Assembly: GCA_035221665.1 (NCBI GenBank)
Contig: CM069156.1
Span: 20,460,001 to 20,524,000, forward strand
From: Okamejei kenojei
Taxonomy: Eukaryota
DNA length: 64,000 bases
Direction of reading: 5' to 3'
Under the pieces are notes generated by a model. That model did not search any database, was not told the DNA's origin, and saw only the letters and a program-made list of their open reading frames with translations. The position numbers and the translations under genes were made by a program. Of the stretch, positions 1 through 11,570 are shown one piece after another. Each line of letters opens with the position of its first letter. Position 1 is the stretch's first letter.

Positions 1-1260
1 ACTGCAGTCTCTTGTGTCTCAACTTCGATCTCAAGACGCTCCCTAAGAAGAACCCTATTCTGCCCCATTCATACGCTAAACAGATAGCATCATGCTCATT
101 CACGCTAAGCTACCCTGGTCCCTTGCTTCTTTCTATGCAGAAGCGAGGTTTATATTAATATTTCTGTGTTGGGTGCTGAATTGCACTGTGTCAGACAAAG
201 CAATTGAATTGGGACAGAACTCATGGCTGGGGTCAAATGAAACGTATTAACAAAGTCAATTTACTAAGCTACACGACTTTTCTCTAGAGACTACTAATAC
301 AGAGTCCCTATAGAGTCTATTAGAAAGGAGTTGTTTTGATGTAAGACAGAATTTATGACCTAAACCATATTGTCTCCTGATAAGAAATTACATGCTTCCT
401 CTGAAGTTTTAAAGAATGACCATTGGTCTTATGGAATAATAGAATGGGCTTGAAGCAAATTTTGGATGAATAATGCAAGGTTGTAGCTCTGTTTAGACTG
501 TCGTGCAGAGGTACACAGTCAGGTTAACAATTGTGATGAGCAATTTCTTCACTGTGAATGTTTACACTGTCTCAGAGGACTCTTGAATATGTTGAAGACT
601 GAGTTGTCTGAGTTTTTAGATATGGTGGAACTGAAGGATGTTGGAGTAAAAAGGGGAGGTAGGCCAGTAATGTTTTGTTTAATAGGCAGCGCAAGCTTGG
701 GGCCCATATGATCGATCTCACACTGCTTCTAATACATTATATTGTGATTGGGGAATAAAATGCCCTATCATCTCCATTCTGGTCAGGGAATAGTGGTGCC
801 GGGATATGTAAAAAGATTGCCAGCCATTTGATTATTGTTTGTCATGCTATGCTGATCCAAGCCTGTACCAGCAATGTACTGTTTTCATTCACTACTCTGT
901 ACTTATCCAGCAGCTCAGAGCTTCCTAGCCTATAATTACAATGATCATTAATTTCCATATTGGTCTGTATGAAATATCTACTCTGCTATGTAGTTCCATT
1001 GTACGATGCTCGGTGGTCTGTCCACTGCACCATCTTAATCCTCATAATGCTACATTAACCAGTGTTTAATTCTACATTGCACTATATTGATGGAATAATA
1101 ATCCAACCATGTAACTTAATTATTTGCTGCACATCCAGCTCTGTGATACTCTGATCTTATTCGACATAAAAACCAGATCTGAGAATTCAGTGAAATTACA
1201 TTGTGCTGTACATTGATATCAATATAACTAACTATTCCAGCATTTTATGTCTATTTATCT

Positions 1261-1374
1261 TCTTAATGAAGATATTTTATTTGACTTTGTGGCATTGTAC
1301 ATCTGTGTATCATTTGGTTCAATGATACACAGATGTAAAATGGCAGAAAGTCTAATAAAATATCTTCATTAAGA
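1261..1374. repeat. Near-perfect inverted repeat (54-bp arms, 6-nt loop); MITE-like or hairpin-RNA-like
   Basis: Arm 1261-1314 is the reverse complement of arm 1321-1374 at 50 of 54 positions; loop TGGTTC at 1315-1320. Confidence 0.9.
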
Positions 1375-1382
1375 CCTTAAAT

Positions 1383-1585
1383 GGACACAAAATGCTGGAG
1401 TAAATCAGCAGGACAGACAGCATCTCTGGATAGAAGGAAAGGGTGAAGTTTTGGGTCAGAGCCCTTCTCGACCCAAAACGTCACCCATTCCTTCTATCCA
1501 GAGATGCTGCATGTCTCGCTGAGTTACTCCAGAATTTTGTGTCTATCTTCAGTTTAAACCAGCATCTGCAGTTCCTTCCTACACA
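1383..1585. mobile_element. Penelope-like terminal repeat, fold-back (inverted partial copy followed by direct copy)
   Basis: GACACAAAATGCTGGAGT...GGGTGAAGTTTTGGGTC followed by its reverse complement GACCCAAAACGTCACCC...GTGTCTATC...CCTACACA; TTAAGACC occurs on both flanks (1369, 1592). Confidence 0.7.
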
Positions 1586-2976
1586 TTTCAGTTAAGACCA
1601 TGTTCATCAAAGCAAATAAAGTGTGGTGTCCGTAACAATAATTCATTGCCATGACTGGGATTGACATAATATCCATTCCTGCGATGCTTTTATTAGCCCG
1701 CCATGATATATGCTACTTCACAAAGTCCATGACAACAATTATACAGGGTCCTGTTGAATCACATCTGGAGTATTATGTACAATTTGAGCCTTCTGACTGA
1801 AAGAAAAGATGCATTTGCTATAGAGGCATTACAGTGAAGATTCATCAAACTGATTTGTGGAACGACAGATCTTGTTTGGGACCTGATCAATCATCCTAAA
1901 TGTTCATTCCCTTCACCATTGGTACACAATGTCTGCAATATGTGCCATCTATGAAGTGCACTGCAGTTGCTTATCCGGGTTATGCTGACGATCGCTCAGA
2001 AAACCCTCAACATCTGTCACAGAGGAAGAGCAGCACAGCAGATGCAGGGGAATATTGCCACTACCGGTTTCTTTCCAAGATGTACCCACCAACCTGCCTG
2101 AGAAATATGTTCGCCAATCCTTCATTGTCAATGGCCCCTATCTATCTGTGTTGTATTGTGGTTTCTGGAGCACAGTGCTGCTGCCGTTGATAAGAATTTC
2201 CAGTGGGAATGGAGGGGAAAATGCAATGTCCCATTTTCCCATTCAGCCCCTGAAAGATTTCCGAAAGACTATTTACACAGTGGATTGTGGGAGGCCAATA
2301 TCCTATTCTTTCTCACCAAATGTGAAAGGCTATAAGTGGTTTGAGGCAAATTATTGCTGGAAAGCACATACAGCCATGAGGTACAGGTCCCTGGAATGTA
2401 AATAAGGGGAGCATTATAGGTTTATTGTTATCTGCCTTGTGATCAGAATAGGAATTAGGTTGTAAATAAATTCTGGCATTTGTGCCTACAAACATTTAAC
2501 TGAAAGTTTTATTATCTGATAAAATAATACAGTTCTCACGAGTGGCTTCAGGAATTGTTTGCATTGTCATTCATGCTGATTCTCAAAAAAGGTTGTGCAT
2601 CACTGATCTCGGTTCAGTTGTAAAAATGTCTGTCTAGATTAGACTGCATACCTAGCTTAAATCCCTAAATCACAGCTCTATGATGAAAGAAAGGGGTTTA
2701 AAATGTGTCACCCCTAATGTCTTCTCAGTTCCTGCCACGTGCCCGTACCAATGGCTGATTCCCATAAAGTCTAAAAACCTACTAATCTCTGCCTTGAATT
2801 TACTCATTGACTGAGCCTCCAAAGCTCTCATTGGGTAGAAAATCAAGGGATTCTCCATTCTCCGTTTAAAGAAATTTATTCTTATTTCAGTTCTAATTAG
2901 CCAACTCTTTATTTTGAGAATGTGGCCCCTGGCTCCATAGTTTCCAGCCAGAAGAAACATCATCCCCAAATTTGAT

Positions 2977-3105
2977 ATGAAGAAGGGTCCCAACCTGAAA
3001 CGTCAACTATCTGTGTTCTCCAGAGATGCTGCCTGTCACACTGAATTACTCCATCACTTTGTGTCCTTTTGTGTAAACCAGCACCTGCAGCTCCTAGATT
3101 CTTAA
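2977..3105 (+). mobile_element. Penelope-like terminal repeat with degenerate hammerhead core
   Basis: ATGAAGAAGGGTCCCAACCTGAAACGTC...CCAGAGATGCTGCC...TTACTCC, same family as 44581-44794. Confidence 0.6.
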
Positions 3106-3419
3106 TCCCTGTATCCCTGTATTTACCGTGTCAGCCTCTTAAGAATTTTATGTTTCAATGAAGAGCTCTATTATAATGTTAAATTATGTTAAATACTCAA
3201 TAGTATAAGCCTAGTCTGCTTAACCGCTCCTCATACAACCCTATCACCCAATTTAGGAAACAATCTGTGAACCATTGTATCTGCTACAGCTATATCTAAA
3301 TATCACTTAGGACTGACATCAAGATTCTTGGTGCAAAGGAAGTTGAGAGTCCACCATGGAGTACAGATCCGTCCACTAAAAATGAAAAGAATTGAACCAC
3401 TGAAGACCTCAACCTTCTC

Positions 3420-3722
3420 CTTTGGACTTTAGAGATACAGTATCGAAACAGGCCCTTCGGCCAACTGAGTCCACGCCAACCAACATTCACCCTGTACACG
3501 AGCACTATCTTACACACTTGGGACAATTTACGATTTTTACTGAAGCCAGTTAACCTACGAACTTGAACGTCTTTGAAGTGTGGGAGGAAACAGGAGCTCC
3601 TGGAGAAAACCCACGTGGTCAGAGGGAGAATGTACAAACTGCTTACAGGCAGCATCCTTAATCACAAATGAACCCGGGTCTCTGGCGCTGTAATAGGAGC
3701 AACTTTACCACAGTGTGCCGCT
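3420..3722 (-). mobile_element. tRNA-derived V-SINE (HE1-like)
   Basis: Minus strand carries a tRNA-like head (GGGTTCA box-B-like), the V-domain GTTTGTACATTCTCCC...GTGGGTTTTCTCC...TTTCCTCCCACA, and a CR1-type tail GGCCGAAGGGCCTGTTTC. Confidence 0.7.
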
Positions 3723-3736
3723 AATGCTGCTCTATA

Positions 3737-4170
3737 TGTGAGGAATAAATGAAGGGATGGGAGACCATTGCAGAGCCTTCTCTTTCCACTGGGGGGGAAC
3801 AGGCACTGGTTATTGACCTGCCTGTGAATGTCAGTCATGTGGCAACTAAGAATATCTGAATTAATCAAAATCTGCGTTATTATTGTTGTACCTTTGACAA
3901 ATGTTCTGAAGCATATCATTCAAAAGTTGACCCAAGTAAGCAAATATTTAAATAGTTACTGAAAGATTAGTTTTAAGGAAAGAATTAGCAGATGAAAAAC
4001 AAGCATTTTACTGAGGTGGGGGGGGGAGTCTGGATTTCAGAGTTTAGAGCATGGACAGTAAAAGGCAAATGATATTAACTAAATCATTTTGAGATGTATC
4101 ACTTCAGCTCATTTGCAATATAATGCAATCATCTTACACAGAGGAGAGTTGCTCTTTTAATAATCATCAT
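3737..4170 (+). repeat. Local duplication, copy 1 (paralog at 9119-9570)
   Basis: Colinear match starting TGTGAGGAATAAA...GAGACCATTGCAGAGCCTTCTCTTTCCACTGGGGGG. Confidence 0.85.
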
Positions 4171-5299
4171 CCACCGAGAAACAGCATAGCATATGGAATA
4201 TAACAGTCAGCTGAGTCAGTGTTAGAGAGATGCCTGAATATTAGCAATATAGTGAGCAATTGATATCTCATGAATTATGTTCTGGATAATGTGACTGAAT
4301 TAACTCTACAGTTCAATATTAACGACATTAATTAAATGTTTAATGTGACATTCTGCTAAGATACTTTTTGTAACCTGTGGCATAATACTTCAGTCTACAA
4401 TTTAATTTAGTTTACTTTATTGCCATGTTTCAGGTACAGTGAAAAGCTTTTTGCTGCGTACTATCTAAAATGTGACAAGGACAGGGAATGGATCAAAACT
4501 TAAGTTCCAGTTTGTTTCTCATAAAATGATTACTAAGCCTGCACATTTATTTAAAATTCTTCTGTTATTCAATCTTGTGTGTTTTTTAGAAATATGTATG
4601 CACTCCACACGATAATATTTCTTCTCTCATTTTTCTTTCCTTCACCTGAAACTATGAAAATAATCATGTTAAATTTATCTTGTTTGTTTTTTGAGTGAAA
4701 AAGCAATAAGGAACAGAATATGTTGAAAACGCTCAGATGCTCCATCAGCAGCTTTAGGCAGAATAGATAATTTAGTTTCTCAGATGCGTTTGTTCATCAG
4801 AACAAAGGCAATTACTTTCAGCAATCACTATTCAAGCTTAAACACAAATCAATATAGCTGGGCTTTGGGTGCACCAGGCAGATATATGAGTTATGTTGGC
4901 AATAAAACAGAACCGTACAGCAAATAAACAGGCTCTTCAGCTCACCATGTCAGCTCCTACCATGATGCCAGTCTAAACTTGTACCTCTGCTGTTGGGTCT
5001 TACATGTAATGACATGTAATGCTCCTCTGAATGCTGATATTTTCTGGTATTTTCACTCATTTGGTGCTGGCCACTCATGAACAGTCAGGCTTTCATTCCA
5101 CTGCAAGGCCTACTTCAGCGGGAGCTAACCAGAACTTTCCCATGAGGGTCATAGAACATTGCCAGGAGGACGTAGAGTCCCATTAAGCTGTTTATATACA
5201 CTCCCCTTCAAGTCCTCTCCCACATCAGTACTAAAGCTCTCTCATCCAAAGCTCAAAACTCTCTCCGTCCATTGATTTTCCATTGTGTGGTGGTCAGTT

Positions 5300-5714
5300 G
5301 AGCAGGTTAACCTATGATGAGCGTTTGTCGGCACTGAGCCTGTACTTGCTGGAGTTTAGAAGAATGAGGGGGGACCTCATTGAAACATTCAGAATAGTGG
5401 ATAGAGTGGATATGGAGAGGATGTTTCCATAGTGGGAGAGTCTAGGACTAGTGGTCATAGCCTCAAAATTAACAGACGTTCTATTAGGAAGGAGATGAGG
5501 AGGAATTTATTTAGTCAGAGGGAGGAGAATCTGTGGAATTCTTTGCCGCAGAAGGCTATGGAGGCCAGGTCAGTGGATATATTTAAGGCAGAGGTAGATA
5601 GATTCTTGATTAGTACAGGTGTCAGAGGTTATGGGGGGAAGGCAGGAGAAGGCAGGAGAATGAGGTTAGGAGGGAGAGCGAGATCTGCCATGATTGAATG
5701 GCAGAGTAGATTTG
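5300..5714 (+). mobile_element. CR1-type LINE 3' end, interrupted by a later insertion; resumes at 6790-6836
   Basis: Translation ESRTSGHSLKI...FSQREENLWNSLPQKAMEA..VDIFKAEVDRFL is a CR1 ORF2 C-terminus; tail GATGGGCCGAATGGC...(TATGACC)n lies at 6794-6836. Confidence 0.85.
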
Positions 5715-6789
5715 TGGCGCGGTGCTGCCTGGTAGCTGCGGCTCACCTGCAGTCCGTCTGTTTTTTAGGGGGGGGGGGGGGTGGGAGAAACAGGGTTTTA
5801 GTCCTAATGGCAGAGCTGGCGGCCTCGGAGCTATGGCGGCCTTCCAGCTTCCATCAGCGGTGGCGGCCCAGCTTCAGAGCTACTGTGCTTCAGCGGCGAC
5901 CCGGCTTCAGAGCTGCGGTGCTCCAGCAGCGACCCAGCTTCAGAGCTGTGGTGCTCCAGTGGCGACCCGGCTTCAGAGCTGCGGTGCTCCAGCGGTGACC
6001 CGGCTTCAGAGCTGCGGTGCTCCAGTGGCGACCCGGCTTCAGAGCTACTGTGCTTCAGCGGCGACCCGGCTTCAGAGCTGCGGTGCTCCAGCGGCGACCC
6101 GGCTTCAGAGCTGCGGTGCTCCAGCGGCGACCCGGCTTCAGAGCTGCGGTGCTCCAGCGGCGACCCAGCTTCAGAGCTGTGGTGCTTCAGCGGCGACCCG
6201 GCTTCAGAGCTGCGGTGCTCCAGTGGCGACCCGGCTTCAGAGCTGCGGTGCTCCAGCGGCGACCCAGCTTCAGAGCTGCGGTGCTCCAGCGGTGACCCGG
6301 CTTCAGAGCTGCGGTGCTCCAGCGGCGACCCAGCTTCAGAGCTGCGGTGCTTCTGCGGCGACCCGGCTTCAGAGCTGCGGTGCTTCAACGGCGTTCCAGC
6401 GGCGACCCAGCTTCAGAGCCGCGGGGCTCCAGCGGCGACCCGGCTTCAGAGCTGCGGTGCTCCAGCGTTCCAGCGGCGGACCCTGCTTCAGAGCTGTGGT
6501 AGTGTTCCAGCGTTCCGGCGACGGCGGTGGCGGCAGCCCGGCATCGGAGGCTTGGCCACGGGCCTAGTGGACGACAACATCGGAGGCCTGGATCGCCTCA
6601 GCGCAGAGGGAGAACAAGGAGGGAAGAAGACAAAGACTTTAAGACTTTTGCCTTCCACCACAGTGAGGAGGTGCCTGGTGAACCCACTGTGGTGGATGTT
6701 AAATATGTGTTTATTGTGTGTTTTGTTTTTTATTATATGTTATGACTGCAAGGTAACGAAATAAAGGATACTTTACTTTACTTTACTTT
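5715..6789 (+). mobile_element. Non-autonomous retroposon with internal minisatellite and (CTTTA)n tail
   Basis: Splits a CR1 3' end; ATTTG on both sides (5710-5714, 6790-6794); AATAAA followed by (CTTTA)4; shares a 3' motif with 46590-47312. Confidence 0.65.
5856..6500. repeat. GC-rich minisatellite, 33-bp unit, about 19 copies
   Basis: Unit CAGCGGCGACCCGGCTTCAGAGCTGCGGTGCTC; gives 11-aa periodic ORFs on both strands. Confidence 0.95.
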
Positions 6790-7281
6790 ATTTGATGGGC
6801 CGAATGGCTTAATTCTACTTATGACCTTATGACCTATGGTCAGAACTGCATGCAGTACGCCAGCTGAGATTAATCAGTGTTTTATAAAGTTGGCGGATAT
6901 CCACCTTTCTATAGTAATTCCCCAACTAATGAAGGCCATTATCACAGCATGTCTACATACCTGCCTGCTACGTTTAAGGATCAAAGGTCATTGTGATCCT
7001 CAATACTCCTTAGGATTCCATCCTGGAGTGTTATGTCCTAGCCAATACAATAATAATAATACCAGTTTCTTACCAATTTTTGTTTAACATGTGCGAGTAT
7101 CTTGCTCTTTCGTCAATTGGAATTATTTAGTCTTCTTCGATCTTAAGGTTATCCAATTTGAAATCACCAGCAGATTGTGTTTTTAGTGCTTTGAAGAATG
7201 ATACATTTTTGTGTCATGCTTTGTGGGTTGTGCAGTGACACCATCATGAATGCTTTTGTGGCAAGTAATTCAATAAGTTAC

Positions 7282-7462
7282 ACCGAGTTATTTAGCGGGA
7301 CAGGCAGCATCTATGGATAGAAAGAATGGGTGACGTTTTGGGTCTCAACCCAGAACGTCACCCATACCTTCTATCCAGAGAAGCTGCCTGTCCCACTGAG
7401 TTACTCCAGCATTTTGTGTTTACCTTTGGTTAAACCAGCATCTGCTGTTCCCTCACACACAC
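7282..7462. mobile_element. Penelope-like terminal repeat, fold-back copy
   Basis: GGGTGACGTTTTGGGTCTCAACCCAGAACGTCACCC forms the centre of an inverted repeat. Confidence 0.7.
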
Positions 7463-8325
7463 AATGTTGTTCGCTTGCCTCTGTGATCAAGTTGTTTCCC
7501 CTGAACTGTATCTAAGTTAGGGTGTGGATTTGAATTTGATGTGGTTTTTTTTTTTTTGGTTCACTTTAAAATACACTGCACAGTCTGAATAGTTATGAAG
7601 CACTGCATTAGCTAAAAGGCAATTCCAACAAAATGGTTGAGTTTTCCACATGATTACACTGATTTCCTTCAGCAGGATATTATTTAGTGTGGATGGCAGG
7701 CACCGCAGCAAATGCACTGCTTTAAATTCTGCTCATCTCCCTGACTATTGTTGTCTGTTGATGGCTTTGAGAGAAAGAAAATCTACCCAGGACTTTCTTC
7801 TCTCTGCTGATTCTATTCAAAGCATTTTCCTGCAGATTTTCTCTATCTACTTTTTATTTTCTGAAAGTGACAATGATCTTGATAATTCAAATAGCATGGG
7901 CAGTTTGATATTCTTTCCAAAGGTTTTGATATGCATCCTCTAATAATCTGTGCTTTCAGCTCTTACTCAGTATCAAATAGTTCAGATTTTGCAGCAATTC
8001 GTGTCAGATAGTGCAATATTAATCTATTGCTTCTATTGCTGCTTACCTTTTGTGACAGAGCACAATCACCTCACATACCATTTGTGCGGTGGTAATACCT
8101 GTTATTGATCTATGTTGCAAGTGAAGGTATTCCATACACATTGTGTTTTGTTTCTCATCTGTAATCTAAATCTTGACATTTTCCCTTCTGACGCACAAAC
8201 CACTTTCTCAGTGGGACATAATTGAAGACGGCTCAGAATATCTGTTGAAGATTGTGAGATTAGCATGGTCGACTCCATCTGAACAGGTTGTGAATGCATT
8301 GTAAGTGCACTACTGAGCTCTAAAA

Positions 8326-8935
8326 TGTAGAAACAAGGAACTGCAGATGCTGGTTTACAAAAGAAGACACAAAATGCTGGAGTAACTATAAAAGAAGACC
8401 CAAACTGCTAGAGTAACTCAAACGCGTTGTGTCTTCTTTTGTAGATGCTGCCTGACCTGCTGAGTAACTCCAGCACTATGTGTTTAAGAAGGAACTGCAG
8501 ATGCTGGAAAATCAAAAGTAGACAAAAATGCTGGAGAAACTCAGAGGATGAGGCAGCATCTATGGACCGAAGGAAATAGGCGACGTTTCGCTGTTGTCTT
8601 TTGTAGATGCTGCCTGACCTGCTGAGTTACTCCAGCACTTTGTGTTTCTTTTGTATCCACAGATGATGCCTAGCCCACTGAGGTACTACGGTGCTTTGTG
8701 TCTTCCGCTAAGCTCTACTTTTTATTCAAAGCTATATTATTGATGTTAGTTAACTTATATAAGTTAGTATTAAATAGATTAGATGTGGAAATGTATGTTT
8801 TCCTTGGCAGTTGCAGGGTTGAATGATGAGCAGTCTCAATTGCAATCATGGACAGACAATTTGGGTCGGGACCCTTCTTCAGACTAAAGAGCCCTGACCT
8901 GAAACATCATCTGTCTATTCCCTCCACAGATGCTC
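8326..8935. mobile_element. Cluster of Penelope-like terminal fragments in alternating orientations
   Basis: Repeated GGAACTGCAGATGCTGG, ATGCTGGAGTAACT and GATGCTGCCTGACCTGCTGAGT blocks. Confidence 0.65.
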
Positions 8936-9118
8936 AATGGTTTCAATGGTATCGGTAGTTTATTTATTATCACGTGTACCAGGTACAGAGAAATACATTT
9001 TTTGCATACAGATCATCAAAACTATCCCCGTACATAAGCACAATCTCCCCAAATCAGTACATTATGCACAGAACAGCTCACTGAATCCATCTGCAAAAGG
9101 CACCATTTTGGCACCGTT

Positions 9119-9570
9119 TGTGAGGAATAAACAAAGGGATGTGAGACCATTGCAGAGCCTTCTCTTTCCACTGGGGGGGAACAGGCACTAGTTATTGACC
9201 CTCCTGTGAATGCCAGTCATCTTGCTTGTGGCAACTAAGAATGTCTGAATGTAATAAAATCTGCTTTCGTATTGTTGTATCATTGGCAAATGTGCTGAGG
9301 TATATCATTCAAAGGTTTCAGAAAAGAAAATACTTAACCCAAGTAAGCAAATATTTAGATAGTACCTGAAAGATTGCCTTTTTTAAGGAAAAATTAGAAG
9401 ATAAGAAAGAAATATTTTAGGGGATGGGGTCTGGGTTTTAGAGTTTAAAGCTTGGACAGCTAAAGGCAAATTGTATTAACTAAATCATTTTGAGGTGTAT
9501 CACTTCTGCTCATTTGCAATATAATGCAATTATCTTACACTGTGGAGAGTTGATCTTTCAATAATCATAA
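9119..9570 (+). repeat. Local duplication, copy 2 (paralog at 3737-4170)
   Basis: Colinear with 3737-4170, with scattered substitutions and indels. Confidence 0.85.
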
Positions 9571-11049
9571 TTTACTGTCCCAGCTGCATCTGACTTGAAG
9601 CAATGGCCTCCATTTTTGTTCTCCCATCCAGATGTTGCCAGACCCGTTGTGTTACTCCAGTGTTTTGTTCAAGATTCCAGCATCTGTGGTTTCTTGTGTC
9701 TCAATTACAGCATGGTTGCGAGGAATCCTGCACATTAATTCAAAAATCAATGTGGGTCTCGCACACACATACAAAATATTTGAGCTGTCGGCCATTGCTT
9801 TAGGTCCACCATCCTCATTGCCAGAGCAAACACAAAAAAATGTTCTTTAAAAGATGTACTATTTTATAGTATAGTGTAACAACACAGCAGGCAGAGGAAC
9901 ACTGTGTTAATCCAGTGTCTAGGGATATAGTCAGCAGTATGGTAATTTCTGGAATGATACTCAGGCCTGGCCTTCAGTGGTCCCTGACAGAAAGTTAGTG
10001 AATGATCTATAATTCAGATAATACTTCAGACACATAGTGCTTCATTGAATCTTGGCAGGCATGATTCCTTTTAGGTAAATATTTAAAGATTTCCTGATAA
10101 ATAAATTGAGAACAGAAAATCCAACAATCTTGCTGCCGACTTAAATAAAAGTGTTTGAAGCATGTTTTGACAACTGGTAGAGCCCATAAATAATCTGTGT
10201 ATGGATTTGTTTGTGTTCTTCTCTTGCTTAAGTTTGTTGTTGATTTTGAATGAGTTGGTAGAAGTATGACATGTAGTTGACGTTAAATCCTCTGCAGTCA
10301 AGGCTCAGCTGTCCTTCAGTCTGCTGTGGGCTGAGGGAATTCCTCCTCTTTCCTAGAGGAACATGCTTTGATATATATGTCAACGTGGAAAGTCAGTGGG
10401 AAGCTGTAGGATTAAGGACTGGGATCAATGCGAAAATATGTAAGGTTATTTTTGTGTGTTCCGATGTACACATATTAGGTTTATTGACCAGCAATTTTAT
10501 AGTAGGACTTTAATACTGCAAGCTTCACAAAATAATATCCCAGGTGCATTACAAAGCAGAATATGGAGGTTTATTAAGCCGAAGACTGATTAAAGAGTTA
10601 TGAGGAGGGAATGAGTGAGAGATGTGGAGATGTTGATGAGAGGGATTCTTGTCCATAGGGCCAAGTGACAGAAGTTTGACTACCATTGGCAGAGCATCTA
10701 CAATCAGTAGTAGCAGAGCATAGAGATTTCAGGGAATTAAAGGATGAGGTTACGGCGACAGAGAGGAGCAAGGCCATGGAGATTTCAAGATGAGAACTTT
10801 GAAATGGAGACATTTTCAGACTGAAGGCACTGAGGGACAATAGAGGGATGATAGATGAAAAGGATTAAGGCTAGATAACTTAGACATTTGAGTTAATGAA
10901 TGCTTATTATGTATGTGTGCTGTTACACATTTGTCAAAGTCAGTGTTCAGCAGATGTATAGAAAGTGGGAGCGGGATTAATTCTTATTGAAGGTGCCGGA
11001 GTCTGCACTGACTTGCACATGGCAGAGTCAGGAAGCAACAAGCATAGGA

Positions 11050-11570
11050 AACTATCCTGCGGGAGAAAGTCTTGTGTAGAAAAGTGTATCATTGTCATAT
11101 GCATCGATAATGGGACAGTTCTTACTTGCAGCAGCTTAACAGACCTGGAAACACAATACACACATTAAAAAAAAAAACAATTTAAAAAACAACAAGTTAA
11201 TCACCATAATATTAGATAGCCATAACAGTGCAAAAAAGCAAAATCAGTGGCTACTGAAAACACAATCCATAGAAGTTCATAGTTGCTGAGGTTAGTGTTC
11301 AAGAACCTGATAGTGGCTGGTGGTAATGGTTTTCAGGTTCCTGTGCCTTCTTACCAGTGATAGAAGCAATATGGAAGAGTGACCAGGATGGTGTGGGTCT
11401 TTGACGATGTTGGCTGTCTTTTTGAGACGCTGCCTTCTATAATACCTGTGATGGACGGGGCAGTGTTCACCACTTTCTGTAATCGCTTTTGCTCCTAGGC
11501 AGTCGAGTTGCGAAACCAGGCTGTGAGGCAACCAGTCAGCGTGCTCTTTACCACACGTACACCTGTAGAG
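11050..11570 (-). mobile_element. Rex1/Babar-type LINE 3' end (continues at 13634-13800)
   Basis: ORF 11292-11573 KTANIVKDPHHPGH...LLLSLVRRHRNLKT resembles a Rex1 RT C-terminus. Confidence 0.7.

Noticed and set aside
1900-2495. Cluster of short ORFs as exons of a host gene
   Set aside because: No recognisable domain and no consistent splice or phase support
3640-3722. tRNA gene (also 19800-19870 and 34300-34370)
   Set aside because: Degenerate SINE heads joined to SINE cores; no intact cloverleaf
5856-6500. CRISPR-like array
   Set aside because: Units are contiguous with no unique spacers; no cas genes; vertebrate DNA
5722-6567. 281-aa and 185-aa repeat ORFs as a novel protein gene
   Set aside because: They arise from a 33-bp minisatellite inside a mobile element, are open on both strands, and lack ATG starts and splice context
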